Virus record (IMG/VR): IMGVR_UViG_3300010429_000218
Location: 2,528 to 66,527 of that record
Strand: one strand, 5' to 3'
DNA length: 64,000 bases
Source: a virus
Numbering within the stretch: position 1 is the stretch's first letter; the number at the start of each line of letters is the position of its first letter. The position numbers and the translations under genes were made by a program. Under the pieces are notes generated by a model. That model was not told the origin of the DNA. It worked only from the letters and a program-made list of their open reading frames with translations, and searched no databases. Of the stretch, positions 26,620 through 37,522 are shown in pieces.

Positions 26620-28340
26620 AGTTTCTTTCTCGTCCCAACGAATCCAGTTCCGATTAACGCCGTTGCGGGTAATATCGTATAGACGCCGCCGATAAAACGC
26701 CCCTCAAGATTTGTTGGGTCGTAGTAAGTAGAGTCTACCGCATTGTTCAATGAAAACTCTTTGCTTATCGGGTTCCACGAAATGCCGGCACGAATCGGAT
26801 CAGCGATGTATTTTTCTCGGTTCCGATTATTCGTGTCTTTTGCCCAATCCGAATACGTGTTGACGTGCCAAAACATTTTTTCATTTCCAGGAAATATCCT
26901 AAGCTCCTGTCTTCCAAGCTCGAATACGTCACCTTCTATGGAAATGGCGCAGTAAAAATACCCCTCTCCATAATATGGAACAGGATTACCAAAATGCTTC
27001 TCTGCTTGCAGCCACGCGCCAAATACGACGCAGTTGTTGGTTACGGCGACAGCATGAACCTGGTCGCCTAGATAGTGCACCACCCCGATAGAACTTATAT
27101 AGTCTGCGCTATTCGACAGCATTGATGCAGGAGAGGCCGTAAGCGTCCCTGATGGGTTGTCCAAATTTATAAAGCAAACAAGTGTTTCGTTGGCGAAAAC
27201 TTCCCCTCTTTCAATGTAACCACCACTGCCAGAATCATACTCGTATCGTTGCGTACAGTAGATAATCCTGCGCTCCCCGTTGTACCCATATCCAGCCAGT
27301 ATTGGATAGAAAGTACCGCCTTCTCCGGTTGGTGTTGTAAGCGTTACTACATACGGTGCCATGTAGGCATCCGGGACGCCTATGTGTGCCGAGCTTGCTG
27401 TAATCTGCCCTGTGCTTCCTTCTGCGCCCCAATCAAACAGAATCGCGCTATCGACGTGCAGAGTACCATCGTAGGTTGCCTCGAACTCGATTATCAACTG
27501 ACCTTGTGGGTCAATCGGGTCAGCAGGGTGCTCAATGTTCCAGTTATTCTGCGTCGGCCATATTCCTGTCATCGTAAGAACAGAATGTATAGTGTCCGGA
27601 GTGGTATTGAGTGTTACGTGCTGCCCATAGACGCCCTCGAATGTCAGCGTCTTTAGTACAACGTCCGGATTCTCTGCGTCGAACACCTCGACCATTGTGT
27701 AGCTCGGTGAATATAGATAGTGCGAATCACAACTCCATGTGATTCTCACTTCGAGGACAAAAAAGTTCTTCGTTCCATTGTGCAGGAGGCCGCATGGCCA
27801 GCGCAAGTACCCGGCTTTCACTGACGACTTGGGAAACGGGCAGTAGTGCCTGTCTCTGCCGTACAGAAGAATGTCTTTCTTTGACCACGGGAACCGGACA
27901 AGGTAAGTATCGCCCTCTGCCGCCGGCAGCGAGAAGTTCTTCAGCCCGTTGACGTTTGTCGCGGCTACGTCGACTTCAGGCGTGGCCGATATGGAGTCGG
28001 TGAATAGCGCAGCCCCGAGTTGCTTTCCGTATCGCTCGTTCGGGTTGGTGCGCAGCATGGCCTTTATGGTAGGAAGCGAGCCTCCGAGTGCCTCTTGTTT
28101 TATGAGGAAATCCGTGCACGGTTTGGCCTCTGCCCCGGCGCACTCGGTAATGAACTCTGGCATGCCGTCTTTTGTTTTTAGCCTCGTCACGCAACTGTCG
28201 GGCTGAAGCCACATTTTCGTTTTGAATGAATTGCTACCGCCTACATTGTCCAGCATGCCGCGCTCTTTCGACGCGCCAATACTCGGCCCGGTACGACTCG
28301 GAAATAGATCGCCCTTGTTATCGTCGTCGTATTTACCCAT
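26616..28340 (-). CDS. Putative tail/virion protein
   Basis: 574-aa aromatic, beta-rich ORF coupled within structural operon. Confidence 0.55.
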   Translation of the reverse strand: MGKYDDDNKGDLFPSRTGPSIGASKERGMLDNVGGSNSFKTKMWLQPDSCVTRLKTKDGMPEFITECAGAEAKPCTDFLIKQEALGGSLPTIKAMLRTNPNERYGKQLGAALFTDSISATPEVDVAATNVNGLKNFSLPAAEGDTYLVRFPWSKKDILLYGRDRHYCPFPKSSVKAGYLRWPCGLLHNGTKNFFVLEVRITWSCDSHYLYSPSYTMVEVFDAENPDVVLKTLTFEGVYGQHVTLNTTPDTIHSVLTMTGIWPTQNNWNIEHPADPIDPQGQLIIEFEATYDGTLHVDSAILFDWGAEGSTGQITASSAHIGVPDAYMAPYVVTLTTPTGEGGTFYPILAGYGYNGERRIIYCTQRYEYDSGSGGYIERGEVFANETLVCFINLDNPSGTLTASPASMLSNSADYISSIGVVHYLGDQVHAVAVTNNCVVFGAWLQAEKHFGNPVPYYGEGYFYCAISIEGDVFELGRQELRIFPGNEKMFWHVNTYSDWAKDTNNRNREKYIADPIRAGISWNPISKEFSLNNAVDSTYYDPTNLEGRFIGGVYTILPATALIGTGFVGTRKKL

Positions 28341-29562
28341 GAGTAACTACCTCCGTTTTGTTGGTTGTTACGAATATCACCACGCCTGTATTTTCACGAT
28401 CTGTTCGCTGATAGTTGAGCGATGCGCTCCCGTCTAATGGAACCGCCCCGGACACATGCAGCGCGCGGGGCGATATATGCCAGAACTCGGCGACTCCGTG
28501 AAAAGCAAACGAGCCATAGGCATTTATCGCTACGGCGTGCTTGAATTGTGCTGCACCGTATAGCGCAACCTTTCCGGATACAGATAGTGCGCGCCCGGCA
28601 TAAAACGCTGCCACGCCCCCGAGCGGAACCTTGCCAGATACGGATAGTTTGCCGCCGACATTGAATGCCCCTATGCCGCTGAGTCTAAACTTCCCGTTGG
28701 CGGACAGGATGGCCGAAGAAAACAGCGTCGCCCCGCCACTGATCTTTATCTTTCCCGAGGCGACCAAAACAGGATCGCTGTAAAAATTGGCTACGCCAAA
28801 GAGGGGCAAGCGACCAGAGACGGTTAGCGCCGACTCTACAGCCAGTGATGCGCTACCTCCGAAGACAAACTTGCCTGCAACAACCAGCGCAACCGGCACA
28901 TCGAACACCGCGCCGCCACCCAAAAAGTAACCGTCACGAACAGAGAATATCGGCGTCCGAACGATTATCACCGCACCGCCAAGCGGTATGCTTCCAGAAA
29001 CGGACAGATTCGCATCGGAAAGCAAGGTCGCCGCACCACCAAGCGGCATGCTGCCGGTGGCAGTCAGTATGCACGCCTCAAACAGAGTTGCGTAACCGCC
29101 AAGCGGGATGCTGCCAGATACAGTTAATGCCGCAGACGGCGACGTGAAACTGCTACTGTGGAGCGTAAATTCGTGTTCCGTTGATGAATCACCAGACTTA
29201 ACCTGAAGCCCGCGAACGGTTGTCCAATCCACACTTGACGTATCCAGAACAACGGTCTTTGTCCCGCCGCCTGACATATCCGTACTCTGCCCGACAATTG
29301 CCGTGAAGTATTCATCTACAAGCCCAACCCACCCACCAGTAGACGATGTTGTCGGGGTTTGGCACGACACGTTAACGGTTAGCTCGTCTGCTCCGAGGCC
29401 GTCTATCCATGTGTTTACCCCGGTCGCTCCAGTCTCTCCGGACGGTCTGAACACAACGCCGGTACTGAAGTAGAAGTCCGCAGAGCCGCCAGTAAGCGGG
29501 CCAGTGAAGTTTCCACTGGTCCAGCCCGCTACCTGATAATCATTCGTGTAGATTGTCGGCAT
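28333..29562 (-). CDS. Fibre scaffold-like protein with 12 x 20-aa repeats
   Basis: Repeat LxVSGxxPLGGxAxF with strict 20-aa period. Confidence 0.7.
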   Translation of the reverse strand: MPTIYTNDYQVAGWTSGNFTGPLTGGSADFYFSTGVVFRPSGETGATGVNTWIDGLGADELTVNVSCQTPTTSSTGGWVGLVDEYFTAIVGQSTDMSGGGTKTVVLDTSSVDWTTVRGLQVKSGDSSTEHEFTLHSSSFTSPSAALTVSGSIPLGGYATLFEACILTATGSMPLGGAATLLSDANLSVSGSIPLGGAVIIVRTPIFSVRDGYFLGGGAVFDVPVALVVAGKFVFGGSASLAVESALTVSGRLPLFGVANFYSDPVLVASGKIKISGGATLFSSAILSANGKFRLSGIGAFNVGGKLSVSGKVPLGGVAAFYAGRALSVSGKVALYGAAQFKHAVAINAYGSFAFHGVAEFWHISPRALHVSGAVPLDGSASLNYQRTDRENTGVVIFVTTNKTEVVTHG

Positions 29563-29580
29563 GCCGCTCTATGCCAGTCG

Positions 29581-29988
29581 TTACGCAGTAATAACGATGC
29601 TCGGCGCAGTAATTGGGCCGCCAATCACGATGCTTGTGGTGTTCATCTGGCCGAATCCGCCGCCGCCGGTAGTGGTAATGTCGATGTCGATTACCGCCAC
29701 CCCTGCGCTATCCGCAAGCCGCGCCCATGTGGCCGTGCCCGTGGCATCTGCCGCAGCGTCCATCGTCACAGCGCCGAACGTAAGCGTGCGGCCAGCTACC
29801 GTACCCGCTGGATCAGAACACGTTAGGGTTCCAAGCAAAACCTGGGAAGTAATTGCCGTGTCAGGATCGGCTGGAATTGTCCCGGTATATAGCTTTATTG
29901 TTGCTGCGCCAGACCCAAGATTTAGGTTGTCATTAATTGATGTAAGCACATCTCCCGCAGCTTCTGCTGATAGCCTGATAATCGCCAT
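29581..29988 (-). CDS. Small beta-rich virion fibre subunit
   Basis: 135 aa, IKLYTGTIPADPD..LLGTL..ATGTATWARL; common phage structural type. Confidence 0.7.
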   Translation of the reverse strand: MAIIRLSAEAAGDVLTSINDNLNLGSGAATIKLYTGTIPADPDTAITSQVLLGTLTCSDPAGTVAGRTLTFGAVTMDAAADATGTATWARLADSAGVAVIDIDITTTGGGGFGQMNTTSIVIGGPITAPSIVITA

Positions 29989-30042
29989 GATATTGCTCCT
30001 TATTAAATCAAATTAAAAATATTACGGACTGCTTACGCAAAG

Positions 30043-32508
30043 CTAATTCATAGCTACAGATTTTCTGCGCTGTGCTGAAACAGAAAGCCGTTTTGTTAAA
30101 ACTTCTACACTTGATTCTTTACTCAAAACTTCAGTTACATTTTCCCTGCTTGAAACCACAACACTTTGAATCTGCGTGAAGACATGGGCTTTTATTACTT
30201 TGGTTGCTTGCGGCAAACCCGCCAATGCCGGACGCACAATGTTTGCTTGTGCGGCATTCGCTATGGTTATTAGGTGCGTCTGGACAATTGCAGAAGCACT
30301 TGCAATCGAATCAATCGCAACCGGCGCAGAAACAATAAGGTGTACTTGTATTGCCGATAATGATGATGCGGAATTTGCTTGAGTCGCGCTATTGATGGCT
30401 ATGTAATGAGAATTATCAATAGCGGCACTGGCGGCTGATGCGTGGTTATTCTGCGATGAATCAGCAGCGCCAATCAGATGCGCTTGACTCGCTGAAACTT
30501 GGGTTATGGAGTTTGCTTGAGTGCCGTTTCCAACAGAAACTTTATGCGACTGAATAATTGCGGACTGACTGGCAGAATCCGCATGTGTCACATTGGAAAT
30601 GTGAATCCTGTGCGTCTGTGAAACAGAAACTACTGACGGCTGATTAACCTGAATTACATTGCTTGACGAAACAAATATTGCAGACGATTGCGTTACTGAT
30701 GCAGGGGAAACGGAGCTTGATTGAGTGACATTTCCTGTCGCAATAAAATGCGCTTGTTTTATTGCGGCCTGGCTAGCGGAATTCGCTTGAACAACGCCAG
30801 CCGGAACAATCAGCGTTGCCGAAGACTGAATGATTTCCGCAGCGCCGGCTGTATTTGTCTGCAAAGCATTCGCAACAGTGACCAATGCCGTTGCTGGATG
30901 GCCTGCGGATTCCGCCGAGACTGAATTCGACTGAGTTACGTTTGCGGCAGCGACGCGATGCGTCTGACTTGCCGCCGCCGCAGAAGTCGCATTGCTCTGC
31001 GCCAAATCTCCCGCCGTGATGTATTGCGTATCACCAACTACTGTCAGTTCAACCAGCGTCGGAGAGCCAGTCGCAGCGCCTTCGACGCGCAGTTGATACT
31101 CGAAACTGTCCGTCCCGACATAGCCGGTATCCGGCGTGTAGATGAACGATCCGTCTTCGTCCGCAAACAATTCGCCATGCAGCGGCCAGGTAACGATTTC
31201 GCCGCTGATTTCCTTGTCGGCATCGGCAGGCAGGGAAATATCGTTGTACAGATAGCCCGGCCCATCGTCGCCCGTTGCGGCAATCTGCGAACCGAGCAGG
31301 CCAAAGCCAGGATCGCCAATCAGCAGCGTATCGGCATAGAATGGGCTGGTGTCAATGCGCCATACATGGCCGATTCCGGAAACTACATGGCCGGCACTTG
31401 CGCCACTGACTAAATTGGCTTGCGCCCCGCTGAAGATCGAAACCAGATGCGTCTGAGCAATGGCCGATGAACCGTCGCTATTCGCTTGCGTTACGCCAGC
31501 ACTGAATATCTGGTGTATCTGATTAACGGCGGACTGACTAACCGTATTCTGTTGAACCGATGAATCCGACCCGACCAGGTGCGTTTGCTGGATTACTACG
31601 GCGCTTAGTGAACTATCCTGTACGGCATTGCTCGGAGACACAAAGGTTGTCGACGACTGACTGATTCCGCTGGCAGATACAGAATTGTCCTGCGCCGCCG
31701 AACTTGAGGTAATGAGGTGTGTCTGATTGATCGCCGCAGAAAAAGCGGCGTTTGCTTGCGATACGCTGGCCGAATAAATCGGGTGCGTTTGCCGTACAGC
31801 AGAATCAGAAACCGCATTCGGCTGGCTGGAATTGGCCGCTGCGACCAGATGCAATTGCATAACCGCAACATGGCTTGCAGAATTTGCCTGCGAAACGCTC
31901 GCAATTGTCGCGTATTGCGTATGGCTGATCGCCGCTGAACTTGAGGTGTTAGCCTGCGCTACGTCTGCGGTCGTCACTAGAACCGCAGTGGCTTGGCTAA
32001 TCGCAGCGGAGGAAGCCGAATTGCTCTGCGCCACGTTGGCAGCCGTGACCAGTTGCCCGCCTTCATCTCCGACAATCAGATAACCGTCTTCCAGCGGATC
32101 GGTATCAACCCGAAGAATACGGTTTAGCTGTGCATGCGCCTGCGCCGGGCTGGCGTTGTTCGACTGCGCCACGCTTGCGGTAGTGATCTGGTGCGTCTGA
32201 CTGACTGCGGCAGCGGAAGCGGCGTTGGACTGGTCCGTATTGCCCACTGCAACCGGATGTGTCTGTAATACACCAGCGGCTAAGGTGGCATTGGCGACCG
32301 CTACATTGCCGGCGGCAACAAGGTGTGTCTGAACAACAGAAACCGCTGATACAGAATTTGACTGGTTTACATTGTCTCCAATAACAAGCTCTGTACCGTT
32401 CAAATTATCGAATAAGGATTCATCAACCCAGCCGCTAGGCTGCGTCAGGCTTGAAAACCATCCTGACTGATCTAGAAGTTTATCGAAGTATCCTTTTGGC
32501 ACCGCCAT
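30043..32508 (-). CDS. Fibre scaffold-like protein with ~26 x 22-aa repeats and an Ig-like (Big) domain
   Basis: Repeat THLVxxxNVxQxNxxSxxAIxQ; DGSFIYTP..GYVGTDSFEY Ig-like motif. Confidence 0.75.
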   Translation of the reverse strand: MAVPKGYFDKLLDQSGWFSSLTQPSGWVDESLFDNLNGTELVIGDNVNQSNSVSAVSVVQTHLVAAGNVAVANATLAAGVLQTHPVAVGNTDQSNAASAAAVSQTHQITTASVAQSNNASPAQAHAQLNRILRVDTDPLEDGYLIVGDEGGQLVTAANVAQSNSASSAAISQATAVLVTTADVAQANTSSSAAISHTQYATIASVSQANSASHVAVMQLHLVAAANSSQPNAVSDSAVRQTHPIYSASVSQANAAFSAAINQTHLITSSSAAQDNSVSASGISQSSTTFVSPSNAVQDSSLSAVVIQQTHLVGSDSSVQQNTVSQSAVNQIHQIFSAGVTQANSDGSSAIAQTHLVSIFSGAQANLVSGASAGHVVSGIGHVWRIDTSPFYADTLLIGDPGFGLLGSQIAATGDDGPGYLYNDISLPADADKEISGEIVTWPLHGELFADEDGSFIYTPDTGYVGTDSFEYQLRVEGAATGSPTLVELTVVGDTQYITAGDLAQSNATSAAAASQTHRVAAANVTQSNSVSAESAGHPATALVTVANALQTNTAGAAEIIQSSATLIVPAGVVQANSASQAAIKQAHFIATGNVTQSSSVSPASVTQSSAIFVSSSNVIQVNQPSVVSVSQTHRIHISNVTHADSASQSAIIQSHKVSVGNGTQANSITQVSASQAHLIGAADSSQNNHASAASAAIDNSHYIAINSATQANSASSLSAIQVHLIVSAPVAIDSIASASAIVQTHLITIANAAQANIVRPALAGLPQATKVIKAHVFTQIQSVVVSSRENVTEVLSKESSVEVLTKRLSVSAQRRKSVAMN

Positions 32509-32513
32509 TCACA

Positions 32514-33854
32514 TCACCAGCAATAGACAATGCAATAACCTGAACCGCCAGCGCCACCGTTGCCGCCAAGCCCGGGATTCATCCCCACGCCGCCGCCGCC
32601 ACCTCCACCGCCGCCAGCACCGCCGTTGCCACCATCGCCGCCATTGGTCGAAGCCGTGATCGTCGTGCCGCCACCGCCACCGCCTGAACCGCCGACAGCA
32701 GAGTTAGCCGCGCCGCCGGAGCCGCCTGCCGTCGGGCTGGCACCATTCGTACCAACTGCGCCGCCACCGCCCGCCGTATAAGCGCCGGATTTTCCGCCTT
32801 CGCCACCAGCGACGATGGTTGGCGTCGCCGTATGTCCACCACCTGAACCGCCACCGCCACCGCCACGAATCGACGATCCGCCCTTTGACGACGCCACCGG
32901 AGGATTAGCCGATCCGGCGCCCGCGCCGCCGCCGTTTTCAGCATTGCCCGTCGTCGATACCGCAACCGTTCCGGTTACACCTTGCCCGCCTGCGCCGTTG
33001 GTTGCTGCCGTAGGAACTCCACCGGCACCGCCTGACGTTGTTCCAGAAGCGCCGGCACCGCCAGCACCGCCGCCGCCACCGCCGCCAGTGACCGCCGCTG
33101 AAATTGCGCCGCCAGCACCGCCGCCGCCGCCATAAGCCGTTAGGTAGGCACCGAAAGTCGAATTGCCGCCGATACCACCCGCGCCACCTGCTGCCCCCGC
33201 CGCGCCATTGGCGCCAGCCGTGCCGCCAGTGCCGATGCCGACCGACACGGTACTGGACAGATCAGCCGCAGCGAATACGCCACGCACCCAGCAGCCGCCG
33301 CCGCCACCGCCGCCGCCCTTGGCAACCACAGCAGTTGCCAGCGAAGCGCCCGCACCTCCACCGCCGCCTGCGCCAATGATTTCAACAATGACTACCTTGG
33401 GCGTAAATGCGGTTGGCTTCGTCCAGGTGCCACCCGTAGTAAAAGTCTGCACGTCAGACTGCGCCGCCAGATTCGAGCCAACCTGCGACCCCGAGGCATT
33501 AAGGCGTTGCCATCCGGAACCATCAACATAAACAATGGCTTCATCCGGCGCCAGCGTCCCTTTCCACAATGTCTGTTCGTTCGTGCCGTCAGTATGGTTA
33601 ATTGTTATGAGGTTCGATACAGAGGCATGTGAATTGCGGATAGACAAAAGCTGTAACGTGCGGATCGTATTTGCTGCCGGACTTGCGACAACCGTAGTTG
33701 TCGTGTTGCTAGTTATGTCGGCTGTATTGGTACGTCCCGGTGTAACAACTCCTGTTGTTGTCAGCAGGTCGGCCCAAGTTGAATGCGCTTCAATCGTTCC
33801 TGATGCTGAGGTAATTACCTTGATTAGATCGGATGTGGATGCGAGATTGAGCAT
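32514..33854 (-). CDS. Glycine-rich tail-fibre-like protein
   Basis: FTTGGTWTKP..VIVEIIGAGGGGG...GGSGYCIVYCW architecture. Confidence 0.8.
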   Translation of the reverse strand: MLNLASTSDLIKVITSASGTIEAHSTWADLLTTTGVVTPGRTNTADITSNTTTTVVASPAANTIRTLQLLSIRNSHASVSNLITINHTDGTNEQTLWKGTLAPDEAIVYVDGSGWQRLNASGSQVGSNLAAQSDVQTFTTGGTWTKPTAFTPKVVIVEIIGAGGGGGAGASLATAVVAKGGGGGGGGCWVRGVFAAADLSSTVSVGIGTGGTAGANGAAGAAGGAGGIGGNSTFGAYLTAYGGGGGAGGAISAAVTGGGGGGGAGGAGASGTTSGGAGGVPTAATNGAGGQGVTGTVAVSTTGNAENGGGAGAGSANPPVASSKGGSSIRGGGGGGSGGGHTATPTIVAGGEGGKSGAYTAGGGGAVGTNGASPTAGGSGGAANSAVGGSGGGGGGTTITASTNGGDGGNGGAGGGGGGGGGVGMNPGLGGNGGAGGSGYCIVYCW

Positions 33855-33864
33855 TTCTTTTCCT

Positions 33865-34881
33865 TTAGGTTGCCGTCAGCACGGGCAGGATTCGTCCATA
33901 GGTAGCGTGGCTCGGTTCCAGCGCATAACTGGTGCCGGCAACGATCAGTGCATCATTGACGGTCAGAACGCCAAGCGAACTGGTCGTCAGCCCGGTGACG
34001 CGCACCACCAGAGCGCCGGTCGTCGGGTTCTTCACATCAACCGTCCATCCGGAGATGTTCGCCAGCAAGGTACGTGTGTTGTTCTTCAGTGGGGCAGTGG
34101 TCAGGATTCCGTTCGCGGTCGCCTGGTAGACGGCAGCACCAGATATGGAATTGGCCTGCGTAACGTTGGCGACAGTGACATTCTGCGTGGAGCCATACGC
34201 CTCCACATTCGGATTATCTGCGCCGTCGTAAGTCAGCGTGCCCGTGGCCGAGAGCGAAATGCCGCCCACCGTTACCGTGGCATCCGAGGTCAGCGGGGAG
34301 TAGAACTTCAGATTTGCTGCCTGAACCGCCTGCGGATTCTTGCCAGCGCCAGCGGTCCCGCCGTTGAAAAGCTCAGAGACTTGCGCCGACGTAAGTTCTT
34401 TGTTCCATACCGCAGCGTGCGCCAATCTGGCCCGACAATACCAATCAGCAGTGGAGAATCCGCCCTTGCCGATTCGGACGCTATCAACAAGGTCACTAAA
34501 GTATTCAGTCGGTGTGGTTCCGTGCGTGTAGGTTGAGACTGACCCGCCTGTGATTGCGGTATAGACTTTTGGCGCAGCGTTTTGCTTAAAAGTTAATACC
34601 AGAAGTTGCCAGGCGGTCGAGTTTGCATTTGGACCTGCGATGATCCGATATTGTGAGTTTTGTGGGTAAACCCAACAATCTGCGCCGGTTCCGTTATGAG
34701 CTATGTCAATGACGTTCCAGTTGTCATCAAAATCCGGCCCAATACCCATGTAGGCTTGGGAATTTGATGTTCCCGAGTTGCGCTTAACCCAAACAGCCAC
34801 AGACATTTCTGTGTTTCCTGTCCCACCTGAGAACCCGGTTCCGGTCAGGTACTCATTATCAGCATCAATTATTAATGACAT
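33865..34881 (-). CDS. LamG/concanavalin-A-like domain virion protein
   Basis: MSVAVWVK, WQLLVLTF, LAHAAVWNKELTSAQVSELF motifs. Confidence 0.75.
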   Translation of the reverse strand: MSLIIDADNEYLTGTGFSGGTGNTEMSVAVWVKRNSGTSNSQAYMGIGPDFDDNWNVIDIAHNGTGADCWVYPQNSQYRIIAGPNANSTAWQLLVLTFKQNAAPKVYTAITGGSVSTYTHGTTPTEYFSDLVDSVRIGKGGFSTADWYCRARLAHAAVWNKELTSAQVSELFNGGTAGAGKNPQAVQAANLKFYSPLTSDATVTVGGISLSATGTLTYDGADNPNVEAYGSTQNVTVANVTQANSISGAAVYQATANGILTTAPLKNNTRTLLANISGWTVDVKNPTTGALVVRVTGLTTSSLGVLTVNDALIVAGTSYALEPSHATYGRILPVLTAT

Positions 34882-34891
34882 TTATTTACCC

Positions 34892-37522
34892 TCAAGAAAG
34901 CACCCATGCCGATCTTGGCGCATGAGCTATTGCACCGCTCGCGCCGTCCGGATTGCCACCCATAGCGAAATATTGGTCGGTTGCTATTTGATTTGTCGAA
35001 ACGCTGTTTGTAACGAAATCAAACGGGAGTTGGACGGGAATCCACGTACTTGTCTCAACGCTGGTCAGGCTTCTCCACCAAGCACCTCGAATGTCACCGC
35101 CAAGCCCTGATGCATCCAGATACCAAAAGAGTATTCCTCCCTTGTATATCCTGATGTACGCATGGTCAGCGTAGGTGTAATTAAGAGCAGGTGTTAGCGG
35201 ATTGCCCATAACACGAATCGGCAAAATGTAAGACGGTCCAACGCCATCATATAAAGCCGGCGTCGCCCTTGTGTCTATTTGCACCAGATCGCCGGTCGCT
35301 GGCCTAATGAAATACAAGTGTCCGGTTGCTGGATCGACTGTAAAGGCTTGATGCCCGTAACCGAGATATTGCAGATCGCCATAGTTAAAGTACGATCCAT
35401 CCGCTAGCTTGGCGCAAGTAAATGGCCTCCATGTTCTCGTGGCGTGGTCAATAGCGAACAGGTGGAATCCGCCACCAATAATTATCCTGAATTGTTTTCT
35501 GGCGACCGGATCATAAGCATTGCCGCGGTTGCTTTCTCCGCCATACAGTTTTGCCAATACGCTGTCACCCCATCCATCCCTGTGTGTTACCGTAAGCTGC
35601 TCAACGGCCCATACCCCGGCTATCGGGTCAAAGGTCATTGCCTCATAGGCTTTCCAACGCGACAGGGCGTTGAAATGCGTCATCATGATACTCTTGCCGT
35701 TGGTGTCGTATGTCCCTGAATACAGGGAATACAGGTTTGCCCACTCGGCATCGGTTGGCATGTCAGAGCATGAGTGCAGATACGAAAGATTGCTCGACTG
35801 GCCCATCTGCCCGCCGCCCGGGAGCCACCAGAACTTTGCGTCAGTGTCGTCCCAAAACAATCCACCATCATCGGGGTTTATCGGCAGCACACCATTCGCG
35901 TTGCCGCTTGGGTCGGCGCCACACGCATTCTGTATTTGCGACCATGTGGATGTTCCAAGGTTGTACCTGAACATCTCCTGAGAGTAGCTATTTACAACAT
36001 CCCCACCGATCATATATATCGAATTGTTCAGTGGGCAATACGCCAGATTGGTATGCTTGCTGTTCGTTATGTCGAACCCTGCATTGCTGGTAAAGCCAAC
36101 AAGGACTTTGGAGAGCGTTACTTCAGGAGGAGAGTCTCCAAGCGATGCGCGGTAATAATTTCCGCCGTAAAAGTCGAGCAGGTACAGCGTGTTCTTCCAG
36201 TAATGCAGAGGCTCACGCCCAAGCGCAGCCGACATTGCCAGCATGTTCGGCGCGGAACTAATTGAAAGCTCGGTCCAAGAACTCAAGGCGCCAAAATAGC
36301 TGACGAAGACCCGGACCGGGGAGCCGAGCACGGCACAGAATAAACGCCGTCCAGCCCTATCAACCTGAATTACATAATCCTGCGTCCCTGTATTGGCAAC
36401 AGGTAGAGAAACAGCAGCAACCTCCCCGGAGGCGTGGTCATAGGTGAAAATATTGAAATTGGCATTTACATTATTGACCAGCACATAAAGGCTACCCTCC
36501 AGCAACTTAATCGGAATCCCGTTGGCTGCATTCCCTTGCGCTGCGGAACCCGTTGCAGCATTCGGCGTGATCGACCTGACATACTGCCAAGCATTCCCGT
36601 TTTTATAGGTCAGTTCCGAAACTCTGAACACACCATAAGATTCGGAAATTCCTATAATCCCGCCAAGTTTTGCGCTGTAGTCAGAAATATCAGTGATGGG
36701 ATTTCCTGTCGTCGGCGCAGAAAACAGCGTGTACTTGTGTGTGCTTTCGTTGTACTTAACGCTTCCGTGCCATTTCGCATCGGATGGACCATAGGCGGTC
36801 AGTGACGATACCGGATAGCCACTCCCATCCCAAGAAACAGGATAGGTCGTCGTGAGCAGATACCCCTCTTGGGGGTGCCATACGTTTTTGCAGTAGTTGT
36901 GGTAGGTGTAAGGCTCCCACTGGTCCCGCTCGCCAACAGAAAAAGCGGTGGCATAGTCCCGGTACATCGCCGGGGTTCCGCTGGTCGAATAGCCAATATC
37001 GCCCGCTGCTGGAACGTGAGGCCGGGCCAACTGTTCTACGGACAACGATGCCCCGAGAGTGATCTTCAGGATGTCGTTACCTGCATACCCGGAATGCAAT
37101 CCACCGTGGTAATAGAGAACCCCGTGATCCGTTGGGGTCGGTCTTGAATACTCGCGGAATGGAATAATGGCGGCGGTAATCGCCGACCCAGCGTCAGTCA
37201 GCGACCTTGAAACGCCAGAGTCATAGCGTGGATTGCCGTCTGTCCCTCTGGTCGGGACGAACGAATAAGGAGAGACGGTAATCTGTGACCACACTCCAGA
37301 CGGTATAGCAGGCGCCTGAAGATAGACAGAACTGGCAAGATTCGCTTGGCCCACATTCGCCATCACGACTTGGTGCAACGTCGCCCCACTGGAAACCGCA
37401 GCAGCACTGGCGATGTTCGCCTGCACCACGCTTGCTCCAATAGCGTACTTGCGGAGAAACTTCCCCCCGATGATGGGGGAATTGATTCTTCCGCTATACG
37501 ACTTGGCGACCGGCAAGGCCAT
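34892..37522 (-). CDS. Kelch/beta-propeller receptor-binding-like protein
   Basis: YYHGG, IYMIGG..MFRYNLGTSTW repeats; N-terminal scaffold-type repeats. Confidence 0.65.
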   Translation of the reverse strand: MALPVAKSYSGRINSPIIGGKFLRKYAIGASVVQANIASAAAVSSGATLHQVVMANVGQANLASSVYLQAPAIPSGVWSQITVSPYSFVPTRGTDGNPRYDSGVSRSLTDAGSAITAAIIPFREYSRPTPTDHGVLYYHGGLHSGYAGNDILKITLGASLSVEQLARPHVPAAGDIGYSTSGTPAMYRDYATAFSVGERDQWEPYTYHNYCKNVWHPQEGYLLTTTYPVSWDGSGYPVSSLTAYGPSDAKWHGSVKYNESTHKYTLFSAPTTGNPITDISDYSAKLGGIIGISESYGVFRVSELTYKNGNAWQYVRSITPNAATGSAAQGNAANGIPIKLLEGSLYVLVNNVNANFNIFTYDHASGEVAAVSLPVANTGTQDYVIQVDRAGRRLFCAVLGSPVRVFVSYFGALSSWTELSISSAPNMLAMSAALGREPLHYWKNTLYLLDFYGGNYYRASLGDSPPEVTLSKVLVGFTSNAGFDITNSKHTNLAYCPLNNSIYMIGGDVVNSYSQEMFRYNLGTSTWSQIQNACGADPSGNANGVLPINPDDGGLFWDDTDAKFWWLPGGGQMGQSSNLSYLHSCSDMPTDAEWANLYSLYSGTYDTNGKSIMMTHFNALSRWKAYEAMTFDPIAGVWAVEQLTVTHRDGWGDSVLAKLYGGESNRGNAYDPVARKQFRIIIGGGFHLFAIDHATRTWRPFTCAKLADGSYFNYGDLQYLGYGHQAFTVDPATGHLYFIRPATGDLVQIDTRATPALYDGVGPSYILPIRVMGNPLTPALNYTYADHAYIRIYKGGILFWYLDASGLGGDIRGAWWRSLTSVETSTWIPVQLPFDFVTNSVSTNQIATDQYFAMGGNPDGASGAIAHAPRSAWVLS

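Noticed and set aside
32560-33531. Proline-rich + strand ORFs
   Set aside because: Antisense shadows of the glycine-rich fibre gene
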